From positions 23,166-87,165 of the forward strand of contig JAZLHP010000060.1 in NCBI GenBank assembly GCA_045616905.1: a DNA stretch of 64,000 nucleotides. Direction: 5' to 3'. The notes under the pieces are model-generated. The model saw only the letters and a list, made by a program, of their open reading frames with translations. It was not told where the DNA came from and made no database searches. Positions 26,992-34,876 of this stretch are shown here, in pieces; the stretch's first letter is position 1; every line of letters begins with the position of its first letter. This stretch comes from Bacteroidaceae bacterium. Its GTDB lineage: Bacteria > Bacteroidota > Bacteroidia > Bacteroidales > Bacteroidaceae. A program made the position numbers and the translations under genes.

Positions 26992-26993
26992 AT

Positions 26994-27431
26994 TTAAAAA
27001 GGTGCTGTGCTGAGTGCTTTGTTCTCGGCTGCTTCCATTATTTCTCTTTCACCAGGTCCTTTATCGTTTATGCCTACGAGGTGGAGGACTCCGTGTATGA
27101 TGACGCGATGCAGTTCTTCTTCGTATGTGGCTCCTTGCTGTTCGGCATTAGTACGAACTGTGTCAAGGCTTATGAAGAGGTCGCCTGAAATGGTGTTCGG
27201 ATTGCCCATCATCTCTTCATCTTCGCAATAGTCGAAGGTGATGATGTCTGTGTAATAGTCGTGTTGGAGGTATTGGCGGTTTACCTCCAATATCTTTTCG
27301 TCGTCGCAAAAAATGTAGGCGATGCTTCCTACTTTTTTGCCGTATGACTCGGCTACTTGCTTTATCCATGCAGAGGTGTCTCTGCGGCGAATCTTTGGCA
27401 TCTTAACGCCGTCTGTCTGGTATGAGATCAT
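26994..27431 (-). CDS. ybeY: rRNA maturation endoribonuclease YbeY
   Basis: HRVIIHGVLHLVGINDKG (H-x-x-x-H-x-x-x-x-x-H zinc motif). 145 aa. Confidence 0.85.
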   Translation of the reverse strand: MISYQTDGVKMPKIRRRDTSAWIKQVAESYGKKVGSIAYIFCDDEKILEVNRQYLQHDYYTDIITFDYCEDEEMMGNPNTISGDLFISLDTVRTNAEQQGATYEEELHRVIIHGVLHLVGINDKGPGEREIMEAAENKALSTAPF

Positions 27432-29062
27432 TCTTCTTCCTTTATTGCTTTTAATCCTGCCTTGTAAATTTCGCTAATTTCATTCATTATCTGATAATAC
27501 TCGCTCATGTCCCAAAGGTCGCGTGCGAGGAGTGCCTTGAGCTGGAGTTTTATCATTGGTAATGACTGCTGAAGTATTGAATCGTTGTATTCAATCTTAG
27601 CGTCTTTTGCCTTTTCAAGAAGAATGTCAATCATCTCTTGAGGAATCTCGTACGTGTCCTTGTAGCGATAGAATCCTTCGTAGAGCAACTTAGGATCGTA
27701 TGGTTTATTGGCTGTCTGCTTTGCCTTCAACTTACGGAAAGTGTCGATGTCGTATTGCTTGACGAGCGACTTGCGGTTCTTGTCGAGATACTTAAGTGTG
27801 GTTTGTATTATGCAGCTCTTTGCTGACAACTCACGATGGAATCGTGTGTAAGTGGTGGTGTCGAGTGGCACGTAAATGTCTGGCATGATGCCTCCGCCAC
27901 CATAGACGATGCGACCGCCTTTTGTTGTGTATTTGAGTGAGTCAGGGAAGTGTATGCTGTCGGCACTCATGAGCTCTCCGCTGTTGAGACGGTCTAGCAT
28001 GTCGTGGTCGTAGCTTTTCTTGTCGCCTTTGACGTAAGGTTTCTGGAAACAGCGTCCCACAGGGCTGTAGTAGTGTGCTACGGTGAGTCGTATCATTGAG
28101 CCGTCAGGAAGGTCGATAGGACGCTGAACAAGACCTTTGGCAAATGTGCGTCTGCCTACTATTGTTCCGCGGTCGTTATCCTGTATTGCTCCTGAAAGGA
28201 TTTCGGCTGCTGATGCTGTGTAACCATCAACAAGAACCACTACTTTGTTTATGTTAAGCTTTCCTGGCTTGGCACGGTATTCCTTACGCCCTACCCTGCG
28301 TCCTTCTGTGTAAACAATCATCTCGTTGTCAGAAAGGAATTCGTTGGACATGTCAACAGCTGCCTGCAAGTAGCCGCCACCATTGCCCTGAAGGTCAATG
28401 ATAATGTCTTTCATGCCTTGTCCAAAGAGGAACTCAGTTGCCTTGATGAATTCGTCGTGAGTGGTGGCACCGAAACTGCTGATGCGTACGTAACCTGTTG
28501 TCTTGTCAATCATGTAGTAAGCATCAATAGTGTAAACAGGAATCTTGTCGCGTGTGACGGTGAATGTCTGAATGCCCTTTATTCCCTGACGAATGACTCC
28601 AAGCTTGACCTTTGTGTCCTTTGGTCCTCGGAGGCGTTTCATTATTTCTTCACGCGTCATCTTCACTCCTGCAATGGCTGTGTCATTGACAGTCACAATC
28701 TTATCGCCTGCAATGATTCCCACCTTTTCAGAAGGTCCTCCACTAACAGGTTGAATGACAACGAGTGTGTCTTCGTTCATGTTATACTGCACTCCGATAC
28801 CCTCAAATGAACCCGTGAGAGGTTCGTTGAGTGCTTGCACATCTTTGGCTGGGGTGTAGCTTGAGTGTGGGTCAAGTTCTTTAAGCATTCCCTTGATGGC
28901 GTCTTCTGTAAGTTTTGAAATGTCAACACTATCAACATAAAGCTGGTTGATGGCACTTTCTGCAAACAGGAGTTTACGGTAGTATGAATCTAATGTTGCG
29001 TTTTGTCCGAATGAAACGGCAGATGCACAGAGCATCAGTATGGTAAAAAGATATTTTTTCAT
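27428..29062 (-). CDS. ctp: S41-family C-terminal processing peptidase (PDZ domain)
   Basis: Signal peptide, PDZ region (GPSEKVGIIAGDKIVTVND), catalytic region VLVDGYTASAAEILSGAIQD...TFAKGLVQ. Confidence 0.85.
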   Translation of the reverse strand: MKKYLFTILMLCASAVSFGQNATLDSYYRKLLFAESAINQLYVDSVDISKLTEDAIKGMLKELDPHSSYTPAKDVQALNEPLTGSFEGIGVQYNMNEDTLVVIQPVSGGPSEKVGIIAGDKIVTVNDTAIAGVKMTREEIMKRLRGPKDTKVKLGVIRQGIKGIQTFTVTRDKIPVYTIDAYYMIDKTTGYVRISSFGATTHDEFIKATEFLFGQGMKDIIIDLQGNGGGYLQAAVDMSNEFLSDNEMIVYTEGRRVGRKEYRAKPGKLNINKVVVLVDGYTASAAEILSGAIQDNDRGTIVGRRTFAKGLVQRPIDLPDGSMIRLTVAHYYSPVGRCFQKPYVKGDKKSYDHDMLDRLNSGELMSADSIHFPDSLKYTTKGGRIVYGGGGIMPDIYVPLDTTTYTRFHRELSAKSCIIQTTLKYLDKNRKSLVKQYDIDTFRKLKAKQTANKPYDPKLLYEGFYRYKDTYEIPQEMIDILLEKAKDAKIEYNDSILQQSLPMIKLQLKALLARDLWDMSEYYQIMNEISEIYKAGLKAIKEEE

Positions 29063-29159
29063 CGAGTAATCCTTCTTTACTTATTGTTGTTTTTTACGTT
29101 CTTAATTGAAGTCAGGTTGTTGACTTCCACCTGACTCGTTTATGTGATGAATCCTTTGT

Positions 29160-29600
29160 TTAAGGAATGAATTCTTTAACGTCTTTTCCGTATGAAAGGA
29201 GTTCGCGGACAACACTTGAGCTTATGCACGACAGTTCTGGCGATGTGAGCATAAGCACGGTTTCTATGCCGGTAAGCTTTTTGTTGACTTCGGCAATGTC
29301 ACGCTCAAACTCATAGTCTTTGACGCTTCGCACGCCTCTGAGAAGAAAGTCTGCATTTATCTTCCTTGCATAGTCTGTGGTGAGTCCTTCGTATGATTCA
29401 ACTCTTACGCGCGGTACATTAATATAAATATCTTTAATGGCAGCTATGCGTTCGTCCAACGAGAACATGTATTTCTTGTTGTAGTTGACTCCAATGGCAA
29501 TTACGACCTCATCGGCAATGCTGTTGAGAGCACGGTCAACGATGTCTTTGTGTCCTTTGGTGAAAGGGTCAAAGCTGCCTGCGAATAAAGCTGTTTTCAT
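29160..29600 (-). CDS. coaD: Phosphopantetheine adenylyltransferase
   Basis: [21 protein letters not shown] (T/H-x-G-H motif) and ...ISSSVVREL. 146 aa. Confidence 0.9.
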   Translation of the reverse strand: MKTALFAGSFDPFTKGHKDIVDRALNSIADEVVIAIGVNYNKKYMFSLDERIAAIKDIYINVPRVRVESYEGLTTDYARKINADFLLRGVRSVKDYEFERDIAEVNKKLTGIETVLMLTSPELSCISSSVVRELLSYGKDVKEFIP

Positions 29601-31582
29601 AACTCTTCGTCTGGTCGGTCTTCCTCAATAACGAGATTGTTGATAATAAAGTTCTGACGCTGCATGGTGTTCTTACCCATGTAGTATTCAAGCAGTTCCT
29701 TCACTTGATCGGTTTTGCGCAATTTAACTTCTTCAAGTCGCATGTCTGCACCGATGAAGTTGCGGAACTCATCAGGACTTATCTCGCCAAGACCTTTGAA
29801 TCGTGTTATTTCAGGGTCAGGACCAAGCTTCTCTATTGCGTCAACACGCTCTTCATCGCTGTAGCAATAGATGGTGATGAATTCTCCCTTGCTGTCAGGA
29901 TGTTCACTCATGTACTGCTCGAGGACGCTTTTCTTAATGCGCTTTTTCTTGTTTCGTACACGGAAGAGCGGTGTCTGCAGTATGTGAACGTGTCCTTGTC
30001 TGATAAGTTCAGGGAAGAACTGCAGGAAGAATGTTATCATAAGCAGGCGGATGTGCATACCGTCAACATCGGCATCGGTTGCAACGATTACTTTATTGTA
30101 TCTCAAACCGTCTATTCCGTCTTCTATGTTGAGTGCTGCTTGAAGAAGGTTGAATTCTTCGTTCTCATACACGACCTTTTTTGTCAAGCCGAATGAGTTG
30201 AGTGGTTTTCCTCGCAACGAGAACACAGCCTGAGTCATTACGTCACGACTCTTGGTGATGCTTCCGCTGGCAGAGTCGCCCTCGGTGATGAATATGCTCG
30301 TGTCGAATCGTGGGTCAACAACCTCCTCTTCCCTATTCTTTGATGCCTTTGGAGGTGCATCGTTGAGGTGAATCTTGCAGTCACGCAGTTTGCGGTTGTG
30401 AAGATTGGCTTTCTTTGCACGTTCGCGAGCCAATTTAGTTACACCTGCAATAGCTTTACGGTCGCGCTCGTTGTCTTTGATTTTCTGCTCAATAACTTCA
30501 GCAACATCAAGATTCTTATGAAGATAGTTGTCAACTTCCTGCTTTATGAAATCACCAACGAACTTGTTGACGCTGATGCCTCCGTTTGGCTCCATGGTGA
30601 GAGAGCCAAGCTTTATCTTTGTCTGACTTTCAAATTGAGGCTCTTGCACGTTGATGGCAATGGCTGCTACTATTCCTGAGCGGATGTCGCCATACTCATA
30701 GTTCTTGCCGAAGAATTCCTTTATGGTGCGAGCTATGTGTTCCTTGAAGGCACTCTGGTGCGTGCCTCCCTGAATGGTGTGCTGACCGTTGACGAATGAA
30801 TGGTATTCTTCGCCATATTGCTGGTTGGTGTGTGTGAATGCTATTTCTATGTCTTCTCCTTTCAGATGCACGATTTCATACATGGCTGTTGTGTCCATCG
30901 TGTCTTTAAGGAGGTCTTTCAAACCGTTGCGACTTACGATTTTAGATCCGTTGTGGTAGATTTCAAGTCCTGTGTTGAGGTAAGTGTAGTTGCGAAGCAT
31001 GTTGCTTACGAACTCGTCTTGGAACTTGTAGTTGAGAAACAATGTGTTGTCTGGTTCGAAATAAATGAACGTGCCGTTTTCCTCGGTGGTTTTTTCCGTC
31101 TTGTCGCTTGTGAGAACACCCTTCTCGAAGGTAGCGATACGCACCACTCCTTCGCGGTATGAGCGAACTTCGAAATGAGAGCTCAGAGCGTTTACAGCTT
31201 TTGTACCCACACCGTTGAGACCTACTGACTTTTTGAATGCCTTTGAGTCGTATTTACCTCCGGTGTTGAGCATACTGACAGCTTCTATCATTTTTCCTTG
31301 AGGAATGCCACGGCCATAGTCACGGATGCTGGCAGACATGTTATCGTGGATTTCCACCTCGATGCGTTTGCCGGCATTCATCTTGAACTCGTCAATAGAG
31401 TTGTCAATGATTTCCTTAAGCAATACATAAATGCCATCTTCTGCATGGCTGCCATCACCTAATCGTCCGATGTACATGCCAGGACGGGTGCGGACATGAT
31501 CCATGTCAGACAAATGGCGTATGTTGTCGTCATTGTACTCTACCGTTGGCTGATTGTTATTTGCTGTTTCTATTTCCATCAT
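29597..31582 (-). CDS. parE: Type IIA topoisomerase B subunit, topoisomerase IV ParE-like
   Basis: [15 protein letters not shown] ATPase motifs ([16 protein letters not shown]), Toprim EGDSA and DADVDGMHI. The [13 protein letters not shown]-terminal pattern resembles Bacteroidota ParE rather than GyrB. Confidence 0.75.
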   Translation of the reverse strand: MMEIETANNNQPTVEYNDDNIRHLSDMDHVRTRPGMYIGRLGDGSHAEDGIYVLLKEIIDNSIDEFKMNAGKRIEVEIHDNMSASIRDYGRGIPQGKMIEAVSMLNTGGKYDSKAFKKSVGLNGVGTKAVNALSSHFEVRSYREGVVRIATFEKGVLTSDKTEKTTEENGTFIYFEPDNTLFLNYKFQDEFVSNMLRNYTYLNTGLEIYHNGSKIVSRNGLKDLLKDTMDTTAMYEIVHLKGEDIEIAFTHTNQQYGEEYHSFVNGQHTIQGGTHQSAFKEHIARTIKEFFGKNYEYGDIRSGIVAAIAINVQEPQFESQTKIKLGSLTMEPNGGISVNKFVGDFIKQEVDNYLHKNLDVAEVIEQKIKDNERDRKAIAGVTKLARERAKKANLHNRKLRDCKIHLNDAPPKASKNREEEVVDPRFDTSIFITEGDSASGSITKSRDVMTQAVFSLRGKPLNSFGLTKKVVYENEEFNLLQAALNIEDGIDGLRYNKVIVATDADVDGMHIRLLMITFFLQFFPELIRQGHVHILQTPLFRVRNKKKRIKKSVLEQYMSEHPDSKGEFITIYCYSDEERVDAIEKLGPDPEITRFKGLGEISPDEFRNFIGADMRLEEVKLRKTDQVKELLEYYMGKNTMQRQNFIINNLVIEEDRPDEEL

Positions 31583-31636
31583 AAATTGTTATTCTCAACG
31601 ATTACCCACTCTAACCTCTCCACTCTATCCTCACCA

Positions 31637-32767
31637 CTACAACGACTTCTTGAAGCAGCGTCTTCTCTTGTGCTGTCTTCTTTCAAAGTATATCCATTGC
31701 GATTGCACCTTGTCGTTTACTTCCAATTCAGGGTTTGTCTCTACGTATTCGTATCCTTCTTGAATGTAGATAGGCAGAAGGTCGTAGAAAAGGATTGAAT
31801 TGATTCCTTTGCCTTGGTATTCAGGAAGGATGCCAACGAGCAGAAGGTCAAGTGTCTTTGGTTTCTTCCACTTGAGTGTTTTAATAAGATGATACCATCC
31901 GAATGGGAATAGTTTTCCTTTTGCTTTCTGCAATGCTCTCGACATTGAAGGCATTGATATGCCCACTCCTACGAGTCGTCCATCAGCTTCCGTAATGAGG
32001 CTTACAAGCTTGAGGTCAACGAATGACAAATATGTGTCAACGTATTTGTCTATCTGTTTCTGACTCAATTCGCTATAACCGAATAATGGCTTGAACGCTT
32101 CGTTGATAACGTGGAAAATATCTTGTCCGTATTCTTTTGCAATCTTCTTTGCTGACGTGTATTTCTTAATGTGCAAGTCGTATTTCTTCATTACGATTTC
32201 TGCAATGCGTGAAAGACGCTCAGGCACACCAGTTTCCCTTGGCACGGTCATCAGCATTTCAATCCAGTCGGCATCCTTAGCAAAACCGAGTTTTTCCATG
32301 TGAACAGGATAGTAAGGATGGTTGTAGATGGTTGCCATGGTGGACATTTCATCGAATCCTTCTATAAGCATGCCTTCAGGATCCATGTCCGTGAAACCGA
32401 GAGGTCCTTGTATCTCAGTCATTCCACGCTGTCTGCCCCACTCTTCTACTGCCTCAATGAGTGCTTTGCTTACTTCTTCGTCATCAATGAAATCAATCCA
32501 TCCGAAGCGAACGCACTTGAGGTTCCATGTTTTGTTTGCCTTTTTGTTGATGATGGCTGCAACTCGACCTACTATCTTTCCTCTCTTGTATGCAAGGAAG
32601 TAATCTGCCTCGCAGAATTCCATTGCAGGGTTCTTGTCTGTAAGTGTTTCCAGCATGTCTTCGTATAGATCTGGAACAGAGTATGGATTGTCTTTATATA
32701 ATTCGTAATTGAATCTTATGAATTGTTTGAGTTCTTTTTTTGTTTCAACTTTTTTAATAGTAACCAT
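31637..32767 (-). CDS. GNAT-fold N-acyltransferase family protein
   Basis: MVTIKKVETKKELKQFIRFNYELYKDNPYSVPDLYED... plus C-terminal ...LLVGILPEYQGKGINS (acetyl-CoA binding Q/R-x-x-G-x-G/A type). Start taken at the second Met (32767). Confidence 0.6.
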   Translation of the reverse strand: MVTIKKVETKKELKQFIRFNYELYKDNPYSVPDLYEDMLETLTDKNPAMEFCEADYFLAYKRGKIVGRVAAIINKKANKTWNLKCVRFGWIDFIDDEEVSKALIEAVEEWGRQRGMTEIQGPLGFTDMDPEGMLIEGFDEMSTMATIYNHPYYPVHMEKLGFAKDADWIEMLMTVPRETGVPERLSRIAEIVMKKYDLHIKKYTSAKKIAKEYGQDIFHVINEAFKPLFGYSELSQKQIDKYVDTYLSFVDLKLVSLITEADGRLVGVGISMPSMSRALQKAKGKLFPFGWYHLIKTLKWKKPKTLDLLLVGILPEYQGKGINSILFYDLLPIYIQEGYEYVETNPELEVNDKVQSQWIYFERRQHKRRRCFKKSL

Positions 32768-32770
32768 AAT

Positions 32771-32850
32771 TAAGTAGGAAATCAAAATTAATTTATTATG
32801 TATAAGCAGGTCGTTTTTTTTTTGTAAAACTAATTGTGATTACCTACTTA
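32771..32850. repeat. Three-part inverted-repeat element, copy A (arms TAAGTAGGAAATCA / TGATTACCTACTTA, internal direct half-copy TAAGCAGGT, T10 run)
   Basis: Arms are complementary at 13 of 14 positions. About 85 percent identical by eye to the element at 46486-46590. The gene-proximal arm carries TAATTTTG (-7 box, minus strand, 32783-32790). Confidence 0.7.
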
Positions 32851-33012
32851 TAAATAAGCAACAATAATGTTTGTTTTAAGTGTATAATCCAGTATTTTTC
32901 GGCAAATATACGACTTTTACATAACTTTTTCCACATTTATTTTGTTCAATTACTTAATATTAACTAATTTTACACCCAAATATCATAAAAAATCTAAAAA
33001 TTTTTAATAATT

Positions 33013-34200
33013 ATGCGTATTATCAAGTCATTTTTAGCAGCTGCAATGGTTGCTATTTGCGGATTAAATGCATCTGCGCAGACAGAGTCATGCTGTTCCA
33101 GCGGAATAAGCTGTGAAGAGGCACAGGAGCTTGGTTACAAGCCTTATCCTTATGGATTCATTCAGATTCAAGGTGGTGTAGGAACAACTCTTACAGACGT
33201 GAGCTGTTGGAAACTGTTAGAACCAACTTACAGCATCGCTGGAGGTTATCAGTTCTCTCCAATCGTGGGTGCTCGTCTTCACGTTAACGGTTATAAGTCA
33301 AAGGGTGGTTTTGACTCTTTCAATAGCCAGGTAATAGATAACACTCCTTTGAACAACACAGTACTCAAATACAAGTACAACTACATCAACACAAATGTTG
33401 ATTTGATGTTCAATGTGTTAAACATCTTTTCAAAGAAGGTTCACCGTCCATTCGACTTGTATGTAATCGGTGGTGTAGGTCTTAACTACGCATGGGACAA
33501 TGATGAATTTGAGGCATTGGTAGGTCAGTGCAAGCCAACAAGCGACATCAGCAACGCATGGGGCGACAAGCAGACACCACGTCACAATCTTCTTGGTCAC
33601 AACCTCCGTCTCGGTCTTCTTGCTGACATCAACATCTCAAAGCACTGGAGTGTAGGTGCAGAGGTTGATTTCAACTCACTTGACGACCGTTTCAACTCAA
33701 AGTACAAGGATGCTGACGACTGGATGATCACAGGTCAGTTGTCTCTCACTTATAAGTTTGGTTTCAAGAAGGTTAGCAAGCCAGCACCAACACCAGCACC
33801 AGTAATCATTGAGAAGACTCCAGAACCAGAGCCTGTTAAGGAAATCGTTCCTGTAAAGGAAGAGCCTAAGCCAGTGGTTGTAGAGGAACCAATCAAGGAG
33901 GTTATCTACTATGCTATCCGCGAGTCAGATCCTGAAACTCAGAGCGTTCTTAACCGTGTCGTTGCATGGTGCAAGAAGTATCCTAACAAGACTATCAGCG
34001 TTGATGGTTATGCTGACAAGGGCACTGGTACTCCTAAGCTCAATGTCGGTTATGCACAAGCTCGTGCAAACAAGGTTGCTGATGCACTCAAGAAGATGGG
34101 TGTTCCTGAAAGCCAGATGACAGTTAAGTCTTATGGTGACACAGTTCAGCCATTCCCAGAGAATGACAAGAACCGTTGCGTCATCATCGAGGGCAAATAA
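33013..34200 (+). CDS. OmpA-family outer membrane protein (beta-barrel + Pro-rich linker + OmpA_C peptidoglycan-binding domain)
   Basis: Signal peptide. Linker KPAPTPAPVIIEKTPEPEPVKEIVPVKEEPKP. C-terminal ...ISVDGYADKGTGTPKLNVGYAQARANKVADALKKMGV...NRCVII. Confidence 0.85.
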   Translation: MRIIKSFLAAAMVAICGLNASAQTESCCSSGISCEEAQELGYKPYPYGFIQIQGGVGTTLTDVSCWKLLEPTYSIAGGYQFSPIVGARLHVNGYKSKGGFDSFNSQVIDNTPLNNTVLKYKYNYINTNVDLMFNVLNIFSKKVHRPFDLYVIGGVGLNYAWDNDEFEALVGQCKPTSDISNAWGDKQTPRHNLLGHNLRLGLLADINISKHWSVGAEVDFNSLDDRFNSKYKDADDWMITGQLSLTYKFGFKKVSKPAPTPAPVIIEKTPEPEPVKEIVPVKEEPKPVVVEEPIKEVIYYAIRESDPETQSVLNRVVAWCKKYPNKTISVDGYADKGTGTPKLNVGYAQARANKVADALKKMGVPESQMTVKSYGDTVQPFPENDKNRCVIIEGK

Positions 34201-34227
34201 AAACCGGTATAACTGATTAATACTTTC

Positions 34228-34261
34228 AACACCCGTTGCTAACAGGCGACGGGTGTTTTTT
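34228..34261 (+). terminator. Intrinsic terminator of the ompA-family gene
   Basis: 8-bp stem ACACCCGT/ACGGGTGT, 12-nt loop, then T6. Confidence 0.7.
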
Positions 34262-34293
34262 ATGTTTCTAATCATAACTTATGATTGACCTTG

Positions 34294-34362
34294 GTCATAA
34301 GTTAAGACCGGTGTATGTCATAAGTTAAGACCGATGTATGTCGCAAGTGAAGCTGATACCCT
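34294..34362 (+). repeat. 23-nt tandem repeat, two near-identical copies plus a degenerate third
   Basis: GTCATAAGTTAAGACCGGTGTAT (34294-34316), GTCATAAGTTAAGACCGATGTAT (34317-34339), GTCGCAAGTGAAGCTGATACCCT (34340-34362). Confidence 0.8.
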
Positions 34363-34435
34363 TATGGTTTGTGTTTTTTTCTCTCCGAAAGATGGTCATC
34401 GTCATCGTAACGGAGAGTATCGTCGTTCAAAAATG

Positions 34436-34575
34436 AAATCACAGAATCACAAATCACAGATAAACAGTAATTGAAAAAATATTCAAACAAAATTTTATAT
34501 AATTTTATATAATCTTATTAGTAGTGATTTTCGTTTTCAAATAACTGTGATCTGTGATTACTGTGATTGTGACCG
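34436..34575. repeat. Inverted low-complexity arms of ATCACAG units flanking an AT-rich 85-nt spacer
   Basis: Left arm AAATCACAGAATCACAAATCACAGAT, right arm ATCTGTGATTACTGTGATTGTGA. Perfect 10-bp core AATCACAGAT (34452-34461) / ATCTGTGATT (34550-34559). The spacer contains AATTTTATAT x2. Confidence 0.7.
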
Positions 34576-34825
34576 CTTTGTCTTTTGCAATAGGTAAAAG
34601 TCGGAATGAATTGAAAAACACCCTGAGTTTATTGTCCGGAGATTTTGTACTGCCGTTAAATCGTAGTACCTTTGCATGCGGTTAGGAAATGGATTACTCA
34701 CCTACCTTAAGTCGTATGGGACAACCTTCAGCGCAGTGAAAGACAATTTCGAGAGAATTACCTTTTTTTGTGCTTATTTTATTTAAGTTCGCGTGTAAAA
34801 TCTATGCTATGTAGAAATAAATACG

Positions 34826-34833
34826 TAACTTTG
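34826..34833 (+). promoter_or_regulatory. -7 promoter box TAACTTTG for purL
   Basis: TAnnTTTG match 44 nt upstream of ATG 34877. A second box, TACCTTTG, lies at 34667-34674. Confidence 0.45.
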
Positions 34834-34876
34834 TACCCAAATTGTAATATTACACACTTATCATACCACACAAGTT

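Noticed and set aside
26910-27188. 92-aa plus-strand ORF translating the purine tract as RGTRGTRGTGTRGEGEK and running into ybeY
   Set aside because: The low-complexity translation comes from a repeat tract. The remainder is antisense to ybeY, which has the H-x-x-x-H motif.
29095-29140. Overlapping alternative hairpins (GAAGTCA/TGACTTC and AGTCAGGT/ACCTGACT) between coaD and ctp as an attenuator
   Set aside because: No U-run follows either hairpin on the transcribed (minus) strand and there is no leader peptide. This is probably an incidental or mRNA-stabilising structure.
32771-32850. The inverted-repeat elements (also 46486-46590) as invertible promoters (invertons)
   Set aside because: The segment between the arms is only about 50-80 bp, much shorter than known Bacteroides invertons. 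The -7 box overlaps the arm itself, so inversion would not switch orientation meaningfully. No recombinase gene is nearby.
34271-34285. ATCATAACTTATGAT as a Xer/dif recombination site
   Set aside because: The arms are separated by 1 nt rather than the 6-nt central region of dif sites. The flanking sequence does not resemble XerC/XerD arms. The G/C skew counts suggest an origin-proximal, not terminus-proximal, location.
34600-34876. Possible riboswitch or small RNA between the TACCTTTG box at 34667 and purL
   Set aside because: I could not match purine, ZTP, glutamine or THF riboswitch consensus cores by eye. I found only a weak 6-bp stem (GGTTAGG/CCTACC) and no hairpin before the T7 run at about 34786. 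It is left as unassigned 5' region, and an Infernal scan would settle it.
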